A stretch of DNA of 63,722 nt, the filler included, from an uncultured Methanoregulaceae archaeon (GTDB lineage: Archaea; Halobacteriota; Methanomicrobia; Methanomicrobiales; Methanospirillaceae): assembly GCA_964530035.1 (NCBI GenBank). It is 3 parts of 3 records of this genome, joined end to end, with 100 filler letters (N's around TTAATTAATTAA, not from the genome) between each part and the next. Parts side by side here need not be neighbours in the genome. Positions count along the whole stretch, not along the records: positions 25,897 to 51,483 come from CAZGXZ010000011.1; 2 more parts are not named here. One strand, written 5' to 3'. Each line of letters opens with the position of its first letter. Positions within the stretch are counted from its first letter, which is position 1. Made by a program: the position numbers and the translations under genes. The notes beneath the pieces are model-generated. The model was given only the letters and a program-made list of their open reading frames with translations, made no database searches and had not been told where the DNA came from. Below are positions 33,614-43,446 of this stretch, one piece after another.

Positions 33614-34357
33614 ATGGCAGATAAGAAATCACCAGCAAGCGGGTGGCCGATCGTCCAGGGTGACTTCCACTCGGGAGACGCCCAGAGCCCGGTAGCCGTC
33701 GTCACCATGGGTTCACACCTTGACGAGAAGGGGCTCTGCGACGCAGGCGCCGCCATGACCGGTTCCTGCAAGACCGAGAACCTCGGCCTTGAAAAGGTCA
33801 TCGCCAACATCATATCCAACCCCAACATCAGGTTCGTCCTCCTTGTGGGGACGGAAGTCAAGGGCCACCTGTCAGGCCAGACCTTCGCGGCGCTCCACAA
33901 GGGCGGCGTTAAGGACGGGCGTGTCGTCGGTGCGGAAGGAGCCATTCCCTTCATCGAAAACCTCGATGATGCTGCCATCAAGCGGTTCCAGGAACAGGTC
34001 GAGATGGTCAACATCATGGAGACCGAGGACCTCTCCGTCATCAAGGCCAAGATCAACGAACTCAAGGGCAGGGACCCCGGAGCTTTCGCCGGCGACCCGA
34101 TGGTCATCGAGGTCAAGGAGGCCGGTGGAGCGGGCGGAGCCGCCGCGTCGGCAAGTGCCAACCCGCAGTTCCTGGAGATCGAGCGGCGCCTCGATGCTAT
34201 CGAGAAACAGATAGAGTTTGTCGATGCCGAGATCGCCCAGCGTGTGGGGAGAAAGATCGGACGTGATATCGGGATCCTCTACGGTCTTGTCGCAGGACTG
34301 ATCGTATTCGTGTTGATGATCACGATGTACACGACCCTGATGAAATTCATTGGATAG
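33614..34357 (+). CDS. mtrA: MtrA-MtrG fusion (second MtrA domain plus MtrG membrane anchor)
   Basis: N-terminal ~172 aa identical to MtrA; C-terminus [11 protein letters not shown]...[13 protein letters not shown] is the MtrG signature. Confidence 0.93.
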   Translation: MADKKSPASGWPIVQGDFHSGDAQSPVAVVTMGSHLDEKGLCDAGAAMTGSCKTENLGLEKVIANIISNPNIRFVLLVGTEVKGHLSGQTFAALHKGGVKDGRVVGAEGAIPFIENLDDAAIKRFQEQVEMVNIMETEDLSVIKAKINELKGRDPGAFAGDPMVIEVKEAGGAGGAAASASANPQFLEIERRLDAIEKQIEFVDAEIAQRVGRKIGRDIGILYGLVAGLIVFVLMITMYTTLMKFIG

Positions 34358-34375
34358 ACGGAGGTGTGATAACAT

Positions 34376-35413
34376 ATGTTCAGGTTTGAGAAAGAACAGA
34401 AGGTCTGGGACTTCAATGGGACCAAGATCGGAGGACAGCCTGGTGAATACCCGACGGTCCTCGGGGCCTCGATCTTCTACAACAAGCATGAAGTAGTGCT
34501 CGACGACCACAAGGGCGTCATTGACAAGCCAAAGGCGGAAGCACTCTGGAACCGCTGCCAGGAACTCTCGGATATGACCGGTATTCCGCATTTCATCCAG
34601 ATCATCGCGGAATTCCCCGAGGCATTCGAGAGCTACTTCACCTGGTTTGACAGCATCGACAATAAGACGGCGTTCCTGATGGACTCGTCGGTCCCGACAT
34701 CGCTTGCACATGCATGCAAGTATGTCACCGAGGTCGGTCTTGCAGACAGGGCCATCTACAACTCGATCAATGGGTCAATCCCCCCCGAGAACATCGAGGC
34801 CATCAAGAACAGTGACGTCAGCGCGGCAATTGTTCTCGCATTCAACCCGGCGGACCCGTCGGTCGTTGGAAGGGAGAAAGTGCTCGTCGAGGGTGGAGTC
34901 GCAGGGCAGACCAAGGGCATGCTCCAGATCGCTGAGGAGGCAGGTATCACCCGCCCGATCCTCGACACCGCGGCAACACCCCTGGGACTCGGTTCAGGTG
35001 GATCATACCGTGAGATCCTTGCATGCAAGGCAATCCACGGGTACCCCACTGGTGGGGCATACCACAACATGACCGTGTCCTGGACCTGGCTCAAGAGGTG
35101 GAAAGGCTCGAAGAAGAACCCCTCGAAGCTCGCCGAGAGCCTGAAGGGCAAGGACCTCTACACCGAGCAGCTCCTCCACCACTACCAGGGAGGCATGGAC
35201 GGCGTCATCCAGGCGGCATGGTCAGCACCCGATATCGGCTGCAACCTGATCGCCAGCACGCTCGGAGCGGACCTCATTATGTACGGTCCGATCGAGAACG
35301 TGGAAGCTATGATGACGGCTCAGGCATACGCCGACATCACCATCCTTGAGGCGGCGAGGCAGCTCGGCACCGAATGTGCGTCCGAGACCCACCCGTTCTT
35401 CAAACTCATCTAA
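34376..35413 (+). CDS. mtrH: Mtr subunit H
   Basis: MFRFEKEQ, GGQPGEYPTVL, IYNSIN and YGPIEN motifs. Confidence 0.97.
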   Translation: MFRFEKEQKVWDFNGTKIGGQPGEYPTVLGASIFYNKHEVVLDDHKGVIDKPKAEALWNRCQELSDMTGIPHFIQIIAEFPEAFESYFTWFDSIDNKTAFLMDSSVPTSLAHACKYVTEVGLADRAIYNSINGSIPPENIEAIKNSDVSAAIVLAFNPADPSVVGREKVLVEGGVAGQTKGMLQIAEEAGITRPILDTAATPLGLGSGGSYREILACKAIHGYPTGGAYHNMTVSWTWLKRWKGSKKNPSKLAESLKGKDLYTEQLLHHYQGGMDGVIQAAWSAPDIGCNLIASTLGADLIMYGPIENVEAMMTAQAYADITILEAARQLGTECASETHPFFKLI

Positions 35414-35446
35414 TCTTTTTTTTAAAAAGATTTATTATCAGGCTGT

Positions 35447-36004
35447 GTGCTATCCTCAACCGTGGAGAACACTGACTCCGGCACGGATTCCCCGCCCCTT
35501 GGGAAAAAGCTTGACCGCGAGACCCTGGACGAGCGAAACTTCCAGGTCATCCTCAACCAGGTCAACGATGAAAACCAATCATACCAGACAAGGGCCATCG
35601 AATCCCTCGGCAGGATCGGTGACCAGAGAGCAACGGGACCTCTCATCGACCTGTTATCAAGGGCAGAACCTGAAATTGCATACGTCATTGTCAGGGCGCT
35701 TGGGAAACTCAGGGACCCCATGGCAGTCGACCCGCTCATCAGGTGCCTTGACAGCCCTGACCGGTGGCTCAGGCAGGGTGCTGCATGGGCCCTTGGCGAG
35801 ATAGGTGACCCAAAAGCGGTCGAACCCCTCATCGGTCACCTGGCTGACAGCAGGGAGAAGGTCAGGTCCGAGATCGCACAGGCCATCGGGAAACTCGGGG
35901 ATGACGATGCGGTCGCCGGTCTTGAACGGTTCATCATCGGGGAGGATGACCCCGAGGTCCGCCATTCGGCACGCCAGGCAATAAAAATGATACAAGGGTC
36001 ATGA
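35447..36004 (+). CDS. HEAT-repeat protein
   Basis: LGxIGDxxAVxPLI repeats. Confidence 0.85.
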   Translation: MLSSTVENTDSGTDSPPLGKKLDRETLDERNFQVILNQVNDENQSYQTRAIESLGRIGDQRATGPLIDLLSRAEPEIAYVIVRALGKLRDPMAVDPLIRCLDSPDRWLRQGAAWALGEIGDPKAVEPLIGHLADSREKVRSEIAQAIGKLGDDDAVAGLERFIIGEDDPEVRHSARQAIKMIQGS

Positions 36005-36136
36005 GCATCCGCCCCGTCACTATGATAATCATTTTCATGCCAAGGAAAGCGGGTGGTGGAAACTGACTACCCGGGAAAAGCAGGATATGAAACGAAAATC
36101 CCTTTGAGGGGTTCCCGTTGGCTGAAAGGTTTCTGC

Positions 36137-36520
36137 TCAGTCCGTATCCAGCGGTTCAAACTGGGTCCTGCCTACTTTACCCATACTTTTTGTAATCTTC
36201 GTATCGGCAAAACACACCGGACACTTGTAATCATCAGGAAGCTCTTCAAAAGGAGTACCCGCCTTAATTCCATTGTGGGGTTCTCCCCGCTTCTGGTCAT
36301 ATACATATCCGCAGATGACACACCTGAACTTCGTCGGAGCCCATTCGTCAAAGCCCCATTTTCCGATCTTCCCTTTTCCTTCCATACCACAGACCGGACA
36401 GACATAGGTATCCGGAAGATCCTCGAACTCGGTCCCGGCAGAGATGCCGTTGTGGGGCTCACCCCTGAGAGGTGAATAAATATATCCGCAGAGCTTGCAG
36501 CGGTACCGTTTTACAACCAT
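36137..36520 (-). CDS. Two-domain rubredoxin
   Basis: Two CxxCGY.Y...G..FE.LP..Y.CPVC units. Confidence 0.92.
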   Translation of the reverse strand: MVVKRYRCKLCGYIYSPLRGEPHNGISAGTEFEDLPDTYVCPVCGMEGKGKIGKWGFDEWAPTKFRCVICGYVYDQKRGEPHNGIKAGTPFEELPDDYKCPVCFADTKITKSMGKVGRTQFEPLDTD

Positions 36521-36984
36521 TTGGTGACCTGCCTGTTCTGAAACGTGGCAGGAAGGCCCGGACCATGCCATGCCCTCCACCACATAGAACTCATGCCCAC
36601 CTGCGTCAATAAAGGTATTCATCATGCCAACAGGGGCATCCATTCATGCCGGATGCAGCTGTTAGGCGTTGCGAAACTCCAGAACTTCCGGGCAACATGC
36701 ATCCCAGCCAACCACCATTGATTCATGAGGGTCCTGGATGAATACCCTGGTTCCATCTACTCAGGAAAAAGGAGGGAACATTCATGCTCCCTTGTAGTGG
36801 TATCAGGAAAGATAAACGGCATAACCTTCTTTTCCCGGACGGGGTTCCGGGAAACCTGCATTCTGATTCTAAAAAAACCGTAAACGGCTGGCCCTGCTGT
36901 CCCACGACAATGAAAAATCCCCGGGTACCCGGGAGACACAGGATGAAAAGCATTTGATCTCCGGCACCCAATACCTATCCTACC

Positions 36985-37650
36985 ATGCTTGACGCCCTCC
37001 CACCCCTGATTGACCTTGTCCTCCATTTCGAGAAATACCTCCCGGCGTTCATCGAGGCCTACGGGCCGTGGATTTACGGCCTGCTCTTTCTCATATTTTT
37101 TGCCGAAACCGGTTTCGTGGTGACCCCGTATCTCCCGGGGGACTCCCTGCTCTTTGTCATCGGGGCCCTTGCAGCGGTCGGGCAGATGAACCTGCCTGAG
37201 GTGATCCTTATCCTTTCTGTTGCCGTCATCCTCGGCGACACCGTCAACTACTGGATAGGAAAGAACATCGGCATGCGGATCTTCGACTACCAGATCCCCT
37301 TCGTGAAAAAGTCGCACCTCGAACATACCCATGACTTCTTTGCCCGGTATGGTGGCAAGACCATTGTAATCGCACGTTTTGTCCCCATCGTCCGTACCTT
37401 CGCTCCGTTCCTGGCCGGGCTCGGCGAGATGACTTACTCCCGGTTCATCGTCTTCAATGTCGTAGGAGGGATTGCCTGGGTAATCACCTTCACGCTTGCA
37501 GGATACCTGTTCGGCAACATACCCATTGTCAAGGATAACTTCGGTATCATCGTCATTGCCATCATTATCATCTCCCTCGCAGTGGTAGCCCTGATGATTG
37601 CAGGCATCCTCGGACTTTTTTCGGGATTTTCCAGGAGATTCCAAAAATAG
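36985..37650 (+). CDS. dedA: DedA/VTT-family membrane protein
   Basis: FAETG, LPGDSLLF and ARFVPIVRTFAPF motifs. Confidence 0.92.
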   Translation: MLDALPPLIDLVLHFEKYLPAFIEAYGPWIYGLLFLIFFAETGFVVTPYLPGDSLLFVIGALAAVGQMNLPEVILILSVAVILGDTVNYWIGKNIGMRIFDYQIPFVKKSHLEHTHDFFARYGGKTIVIARFVPIVRTFAPFLAGLGEMTYSRFIVFNVVGGIAWVITFTLAGYLFGNIPIVKDNFGIIVIAIIIISLAVVALMIAGILGLFSGFSRRFQK

Positions 37651-37771
37651 TACCGTATTTGAGGGCCTTTTTAATCCATTATACCAAACATAACCATTTT
37701 TCCCTTGCAGGACAAGGTTCGTACACCGTGACCCTGGCTCCAGGCACCAGGCAGGGTATGGATGGATAAAA

Positions 37772-39130
37772 ATGGACGGGAGCAGGTATTTCAACCGGGA
37801 AATAGAAACCATGGACCGTGACGGCCTCGATTCCGTCATTGACGAACGCATCGCATACACGGCCAGGTATGCAGCGGAACACTCTCCCTTTTACCGTTCC
37901 TATTTTCGAAGCCATTCCATCGATCCAAAGGACATCAAGGCACACGAGGACCTGATCGAACTCCCCATCATCAGCAGCCAGACCATACGACAGAACCAGC
38001 CCCCCGAGACACCGGACTTCCGTTTCATGTCTGCCGGATGGGAAAATATCTTCACCGTCCATGAGACAAGCGGTACCTCGGGCACTCCGAAGAGTTTCTT
38101 CCTGACCTGGGAGGACTGGAGGAGGTACGCTGAAAAATACGCCAGGATTTTTGTTTCACAGGGATTATCCTCTTCAGACAGGCTGATCGTCTGTGCCAGC
38201 TATGGTATGAACGTCGGCGCAAACACGATGACCCTCGCGGCGCGTGATATTGGCGTCAGCATCATCCCGGTAGGAAAATGCACCTTTCCCCTTCGCCTGT
38301 ATACCTCGTACAACCCGACCGCCATCGTAGGGAGCGTGTTCAAGCTCCTTCACCTTGCCGAACGGATGCGGTCGGGAGGTATCAACCCCTCCCAGACCTC
38401 CCTTGAACGACTGATCGTCGGAGGAGAGTCCTTCGCCCCCGAGGCGAGGGAGTACCTGTCTGAAGTATATGACCTTCCTGTCTACAATACCTACGGTTCC
38501 ACTGAAGGGACGATGTGCGGCGAGTGCGAGCAGATGAACGGCCTCCACGTCCCTGAGGACCTCGTCCACATGGACATCTATGACCCGGGGATGCAGTCGT
38601 TCGTCCCTGAAGGCGAATGCGGCCGGATCGTCCTGACGACCCTCCTCCCTCCGGGAGGAAAATCCGGAACGCTCCTGCTGAACTATGACACCGACGACAC
38701 GACCGTGGTTATTTCACGGAAACCATGTGCCTGCGGAAGGACGCACATGCGCATCCTGAACCCGCAGCGGGAGGCTGAAACCCTCTGGGTATTCGAAACT
38801 CCCTTCAACCGGGTCGATATAGAACGCGGAGTGTTCCAGAGGGAGAACCTCACCTGGCTCACCGGGGAGTACGAAGCATTTGTCTATGGAGGGGAGGATG
38901 CGGGGGAAGTGACCCTCCGTGTCAGCATGGAGACGGTACGGCAGGATGAGGTGAACACGCGGATAATCGAGGAGGCCTTCCTCGGATCGTTCCTGAAACA
39001 CCGGCCGAGGCTCTCGCAGGCCCATGCAGACGGCTCCTTCAAGGTCGTCTTCCATTATGCACCTCCAGGCGGTCTTGAGCTGTCCCATGTCAAGGGACGG
39101 CCCAGGAGGCTCGTCGACAGGAGAGGGTGA
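37772..39130 (+). CDS. ftsA: Coenzyme F390 synthetase (adenylate-forming family)
   Basis: HETSGTSGTPKSFFLTWEDW, SYGMNVGANTM and YGSTEG motifs. The symbol refers to the methanogen F390 synthetase, not cell-division FtsA. Confidence 0.85.
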   Translation: MDGSRYFNREIETMDRDGLDSVIDERIAYTARYAAEHSPFYRSYFRSHSIDPKDIKAHEDLIELPIISSQTIRQNQPPETPDFRFMSAGWENIFTVHETSGTSGTPKSFFLTWEDWRRYAEKYARIFVSQGLSSSDRLIVCASYGMNVGANTMTLAARDIGVSIIPVGKCTFPLRLYTSYNPTAIVGSVFKLLHLAERMRSGGINPSQTSLERLIVGGESFAPEAREYLSEVYDLPVYNTYGSTEGTMCGECEQMNGLHVPEDLVHMDIYDPGMQSFVPEGECGRIVLTTLLPPGGKSGTLLLNYDTDDTTVVISRKPCACGRTHMRILNPQREAETLWVFETPFNRVDIERGVFQRENLTWLTGEYEAFVYGGEDAGEVTLRVSMETVRQDEVNTRIIEEAFLGSFLKHRPRLSQAHADGSFKVVFHYAPPGGLELSHVKGRPRRLVDRRG

Positions 39131-39229
39131 TGACTCCCGGGTCCTCACACGGCCGGAGCTACTGACATAACCGATCCCTCCCAACATATACGCACCCGGT
39201 TGCATCAGATCGCCGGGAGCAGACCCCCC

Positions 39230-39874
39230 ATGATCGATCTCATCGGCCCCTTTGCCGATACGGTTGTCCATTTCGACCGGACCATCCTCGTATTCTTTCA
39301 GCAGGGCGGGATTATCCCATGGCTCCTCCTCTTCTTCGCCTTCATCCCTGAAACCGGGTTCATCCTTGTTCCCTACCTCCCCGGAGACACGCTCCTCTTT
39401 ATAACCGGTGCTTTTGCAGCCTATGGTGGTCTCAACATATGGTTCATCGCGGCAGTAATCCTGGCGGCGGTATGTATCGGGGACACCTTCCATTTCCTGC
39501 TCGGCAGGCTGGTCGGTATAGGTCTCTTTGAGCGGGGGATCCCGTTTCTCAAAAAGGAGTACTATGACCGGACTCATGCCTTCTACGAGCGGTACGGCGG
39601 CTGGTCGCTCATCATCGCCAGGTTTTTTCCCCTTTTCAGGACATTCGTACCGTTCCTTGCCGGGATCGGGGCTATGAGCTACCGGAGGTTCTTCCTCTTC
39701 AGCATCACAGGAGCAGTCCTCTGGATAGGAGCATTCCTTTTCGGGGGATATGTCCTTGGCACCATGCCCGCAGTCCGTGATAATTTCCTCCTCCTCACCG
39801 TTGCCGTTATCATCGTTTCCCTCATAGGTGTGCTCGTCCTTGCAAGGAGCGTGGCACGCGGTGGCCTTGCCTGA
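39230..39874 (+). CDS. dedA: DedA/VTT-family membrane protein (second copy)
   Basis: ETG, LPGDTLLF and ARFFPLFRTFVPF motifs. Confidence 0.88.
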   Translation: MIDLIGPFADTVVHFDRTILVFFQQGGIIPWLLLFFAFIPETGFILVPYLPGDTLLFITGAFAAYGGLNIWFIAAVILAAVCIGDTFHFLLGRLVGIGLFERGIPFLKKEYYDRTHAFYERYGGWSLIIARFFPLFRTFVPFLAGIGAMSYRRFFLFSITGAVLWIGAFLFGGYVLGTMPAVRDNFLLLTVAVIIVSLIGVLVLARSVARGGLA

Positions 39875-40074
39875 CCGAGACAACCCTTTACCCTTCCGAC
39901 AGAGGGGGGGCGGTAAAAACCCGGGCTCTCTTGAAATAATGCCTGGCACGAGTGACACACCTCTCCGCAACACAGCCCTGGCGGTTCCGGTGACCTGGGA
40001 AATACAGGAAAATGACAGCCCTGATGATTTCTCCACCGGGTTTAACAATGAGGATATCGAATAAGTACGAACAT

Positions 40075-40677
40075 ATGAGCGATTTCTTGACATCCCTTGC
40101 CTACTCGTTCGGGGCGCTCTTTGTCATACTCAACCCCCTCCTGTCGGTCCCGATCTTTGCCGCGATGACCAGGGGGCTTTCCCCCGGCGAGGTGAATCAC
40201 CAGGCGCTCATCGCCGTGGCCGTGGCAGGGGCGCTGATGTACATCTTCCTGTTCTTTAATTTCATCATCTTCGACATCCTTGGCATCACATTTTCAAGTT
40301 TCCAGGTGGCAGGTGGATTCCTCCTCTTTATTCTGGGTATCCAGGAGGCGCTCGGCATTGAGATCGGGCGTGCGAAAGACCATTCCCACACGGTGGCCGG
40401 TGTGGTGATAGGAACTCCCCTGCTCTGCGGACCAGGGACGATCACGAACGTCCTGCTCCTCTCGAAGGAGTACGGAATACCCATCACCTTCGGGGCCATC
40501 ACCCTGTCCCTGATCGCCACCTGGGTCATCCTCAGGTTTGCTGACCCTATCCAGAGGCGCCTCGGTGACGTTGTTACCGACGTGATGGGGAAGGTCCTTG
40601 GGATGCTCCTTGCGGCTATTGCCATAAAAATCATGTCCCAGGGGATATTCGGGCTCATTGCGGGTGCCCCGTTATGA
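40075..40677 (+). CDS. MarC-family membrane protein
   Basis: LFVILNP, FQVAGG and PLLCGPGTI motifs. Confidence 0.9.
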   Translation: MSDFLTSLAYSFGALFVILNPLLSVPIFAAMTRGLSPGEVNHQALIAVAVAGALMYIFLFFNFIIFDILGITFSSFQVAGGFLLFILGIQEALGIEIGRAKDHSHTVAGVVIGTPLLCGPGTITNVLLLSKEYGIPITFGAITLSLIATWVILRFADPIQRRLGDVVTDVMGKVLGMLLAAIAIKIMSQGIFGLIAGAPL

Positions 40678-41147
40678 ACACCGCCACGGTCGAGGAACAT
40701 CTCGGGTACCGGTTCACGGATGCCGGGCTCCTCCTGCGGGCCCTGACCCGCAAGGCGTATGCAATCGAATCCCGGCAAAGGGGTACGGCTTGTGAAGACC
40801 AGGATGCATTTGCGACCCTCGGGGACTCGGTCATCCGCCTGAGCCTCGTGGACCTCCTGATGAGGGCAGGGGCCTCGACCCCTGATCAGATCACCCGGTC
40901 CAAGCGTGAACTTGAACGGGAGGAGCTCCTTGCAGAGATAGCCCGTGACCTTGGGATCGGCCCGGCGCTCCGCCTGGGTGCGGGCGAGGAAAAACAGGGT
41001 GCACGACAGCAGCCCTATGTCCTCGCGGAAAGCCTTGAGGCAGTGGCCGGGGCTTTGTATCTTGACGCGGGTTTTATATCGGCATATGCTGTAATACGCG
41101 GTTGGTTTGAAAAGAGGGTAATAAAAGCCCTGGAACCAGTCCCCTGA
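40674..41147 (+). CDS. RNase III catalytic-domain protein without dsRBD (mini-III-like)
   Basis: LGYRF...LLLRALT, ATLGDSV, LGAGE and LAESLEAVAGALYLDAG motifs. Confidence 0.82.
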   Translation: MNTATVEEHLGYRFTDAGLLLRALTRKAYAIESRQRGTACEDQDAFATLGDSVIRLSLVDLLMRAGASTPDQITRSKRELEREELLAEIARDLGIGPALRLGAGEEKQGARQQPYVLAESLEAVAGALYLDAGFISAYAVIRGWFEKRVIKALEPVP

Positions 41148-41284
41148 CACTGCAGTCACAGGCCAGGCAATCTGGCAAGGGGAGCGGGCATGGTCTTTAA
41201 AAAGAACGGGAGGAGGGGGGAAACGCCCTTTCCCGGGTTCTGGTGATATATTACTGAATATACGAGGAACGGGTACTCTGCCCT

Positions 41285-41710
41285 CTACTTCCTCATAACG
41301 GTGTTGTAGTCCATGTGGGCTGCCCCGAAGAAGTCCTGGCAAAACCGTGCGGTCTTTTCCGGGGGATACTCCTTGCAGCTGAATATATCAAGGTATGCTG
41401 CATTGGTATCGTTCGCGAAGTGGCCTGAAACCAGGGAAGTCTCGATGAGCTGCATCATGGAGTACCCGGCTACACGGTCGTTCTGGCCGAAATGAACTAT
41501 TGTCGGCTCCCCGAAACGTTTCATGTCAATGAAATCGCACAGTTTCACGATAAACTCGTGGATCTTGTCCGGATTTCTGATGGTCTCCGGGTTGCAGCCT
41601 TTTAGGTCCACATTTACGACCAGTCCCCAGGCGTTCGATCTCCTGAACGCTTCGATGACCTTCTCGTCAGACGTTTTGGGGATAGCCATTTCCTGTTTCA
41701 TTGCAAGCAT
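41285..41710 (-). CDS. speD: S-adenosylmethionine decarboxylase-family proenzyme
   Basis: VDLKGC, GYSMMQLIETSLVSGHF and YLDIFSCK motifs. Confidence 0.78.
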   Translation of the reverse strand: MLAMKQEMAIPKTSDEKVIEAFRRSNAWGLVVNVDLKGCNPETIRNPDKIHEFIVKLCDFIDMKRFGEPTIVHFGQNDRVAGYSMMQLIETSLVSGHFANDTNAAYLDIFSCKEYPPEKTARFCQDFFGAAHMDYNTVMRK

Positions 41711-41986
41711 TGTTTCATCACTCCTCTTCGGATAGCCACCGGTTTCCCGATTGGTTGAGAAATAGGTGTATATTCACCTATCTTAAACTTTTCCCAGGCC
41801 GAAATCAAAAAATGTCCATTTTTGTCATGAATAATCCAAAAATGGCCTCACAAAAGAGAGAGAATTATTATGACACCTCGTGCCATGGATCAGACGATAA
41901 AGACAGGATTATCCTTTATTGATCCGGCACACGGGAGAGGGGGGACCTGCCGCGCACCTGAGCCACCGGTCTGAACCATGGAATGA

Positions 41987-42928
41987 TCAGGCCTCAGCCC
42001 TGTGTTCAATACCCCCGCGGCTACAGAACGTTTCCAGGTCGCCGTGCCTGATCCGATATGCCTCCACCAGGTGGTGGGGGTGGTATCTCACCTTCGCCTC
42101 CCTCAACCCGGGAATGCCCATATCACTCTCCCTGTTGACGTAGGTAAACCGCGGGGCAAGGAGGGCTGCCGTCTCGGCATTCACCGCCTTGTAAATCCCA
42201 GGGCAGTCAGAGAGGCCTTTTTCAAAATGGACCACCGCAGTGGTTACATTCAGCCGCTCGAAGAGGGATATCGCGCTCACGACGCCTTTCACGCGTATGA
42301 CAAGCCCGGACAACCCGATCTCCCGGTAGTGGTCGATACCAAAAAAGACGGCGTCCCGCTCATGCGCAAGAAGTGAGTCCTCGTCACAGCCTTTCCACTC
42401 ACACCACCGGGAAAGGAACTCCCTGACCTCGTCGATGTTGCCATCATCGAGGGGCTCACTGGTATAGGGACACCGTTTTCTGAATTTATTCACCTGACGA
42501 CGGATATTAAAATACTTCTTGCCTTCCAGGTTGGCGAGGTCGGTGGCCCGGTAGACATATTCATAGTATTCGCGGGCCGGTACGAGGGGGAGGTCGGGGA
42601 AGGCATGTTTCACCCACTCGCGCTTGAGACTGTCAATGAGGACGAGCGGCTGCTCGTCCCCGGACTCCAGGGCCAGCCTGCATACGTCAAGGAACAAGGT
42701 CGCATCAGGAGGCCCGATAGGAGTTCTGTAACGGGTCCTGCCCTCGATCGTACTCGCGAGAATGACGGAACCGTTCAGGTACGCATAGGAATAGTTCGCA
42801 TAATGGTTCCAGCAGACCATGTTTGCAAAGGTATTGTCACTGTGGACCTGGGGGTATTCGTGGTAATGTTTTTTAAAAAGTGCGTAGTCTCCAAGGGTCA
42901 CCGGCCTGAAATCTTCCCTGCTCAACAC
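41987..42928 (-). CDS. DUF2156 / aminoacyl-tRNA-dependent transferase-fold protein
   Basis: EYVY...LEGKKY, VHFEKG and YVNRESDMGIPGLREAK motifs. Confidence 0.87.
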   Translation of the reverse strand: MLSREDFRPVTLGDYALFKKHYHEYPQVHSDNTFANMVCWNHYANYSYAYLNGSVILASTIEGRTRYRTPIGPPDATLFLDVCRLALESGDEQPLVLIDSLKREWVKHAFPDLPLVPAREYYEYVYRATDLANLEGKKYFNIRRQVNKFRKRCPYTSEPLDDGNIDEVREFLSRWCEWKGCDEDSLLAHERDAVFFGIDHYREIGLSGLVIRVKGVVSAISLFERLNVTTAVVHFEKGLSDCPGIYKAVNAETAALLAPRFTYVNRESDMGIPGLREAKVRYHPHHLVEAYRIRHGDLETFCSRGGIEHRAEA

Positions 42929-42935
42929 GGGACCA

Positions 42936-43358
42936 TCACCTCCCTTCGAAAAGCATTGGTACAAAACCACCCATGCGCCTGAAACCGGCACGCGTGTAAA
43001 AGTATTCGGTCCCGGGCCCTGCTATCAGCCCTATCCAGCCTATGCCGTTCTCCCTGCAGATGTTCAGCAACTCCTGGACGACCGCCATTCCAATACCCTG
43101 GTCACGGAATTCAGGGAACACGATGACGTCCTGGATGTAGGCATCTGATGCCCCGTCGGAGATCAGCCTGCCCATTCCAAGGATCTTCCCGGAAACGGAA
43201 TCTGTGGCAACAAGGAATGCATAGCTGCCCCTGATCAGGCCTCCAAGGGAGGGCTCGTCAAAACCCTCGCTCCACCAGCCGCCCTCCTTGTACAGGCGGA
43301 TTATCTCGTCCTCATCGCCAGTCCGGATACGGCGGACCTCAAACGGTATCTTCGTCAT
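42936..43358 (-). CDS. GNAT-family acetyltransferase
   Basis: YIQDVIVFPEFRDQGIG and FYTRAGF motifs. Confidence 0.9.
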   Translation of the reverse strand: MTKIPFEVRRIRTGDEDEIIRLYKEGGWWSEGFDEPSLGGLIRGSYAFLVATDSVSGKILGMGRLISDGASDAYIQDVIVFPEFRDQGIGMAVVQELLNICRENGIGWIGLIAGPGTEYFYTRAGFRRMGGFVPMLFEGR

Positions 43359-43446
43359 GTGGGAATGATGTCCAGGTAAGGGCCCGGGAAGCCCTGATAA
43401 TGGGAGTACTATTGGATTCTTCAGTATATGAACGGATAGAACGCCA

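Noticed and set aside
39875..40074. Possible riboswitch upstream of marC
   Set aside because: No consensus of a known riboswitch class was recognisable by eye; an Rfam scan would be needed.
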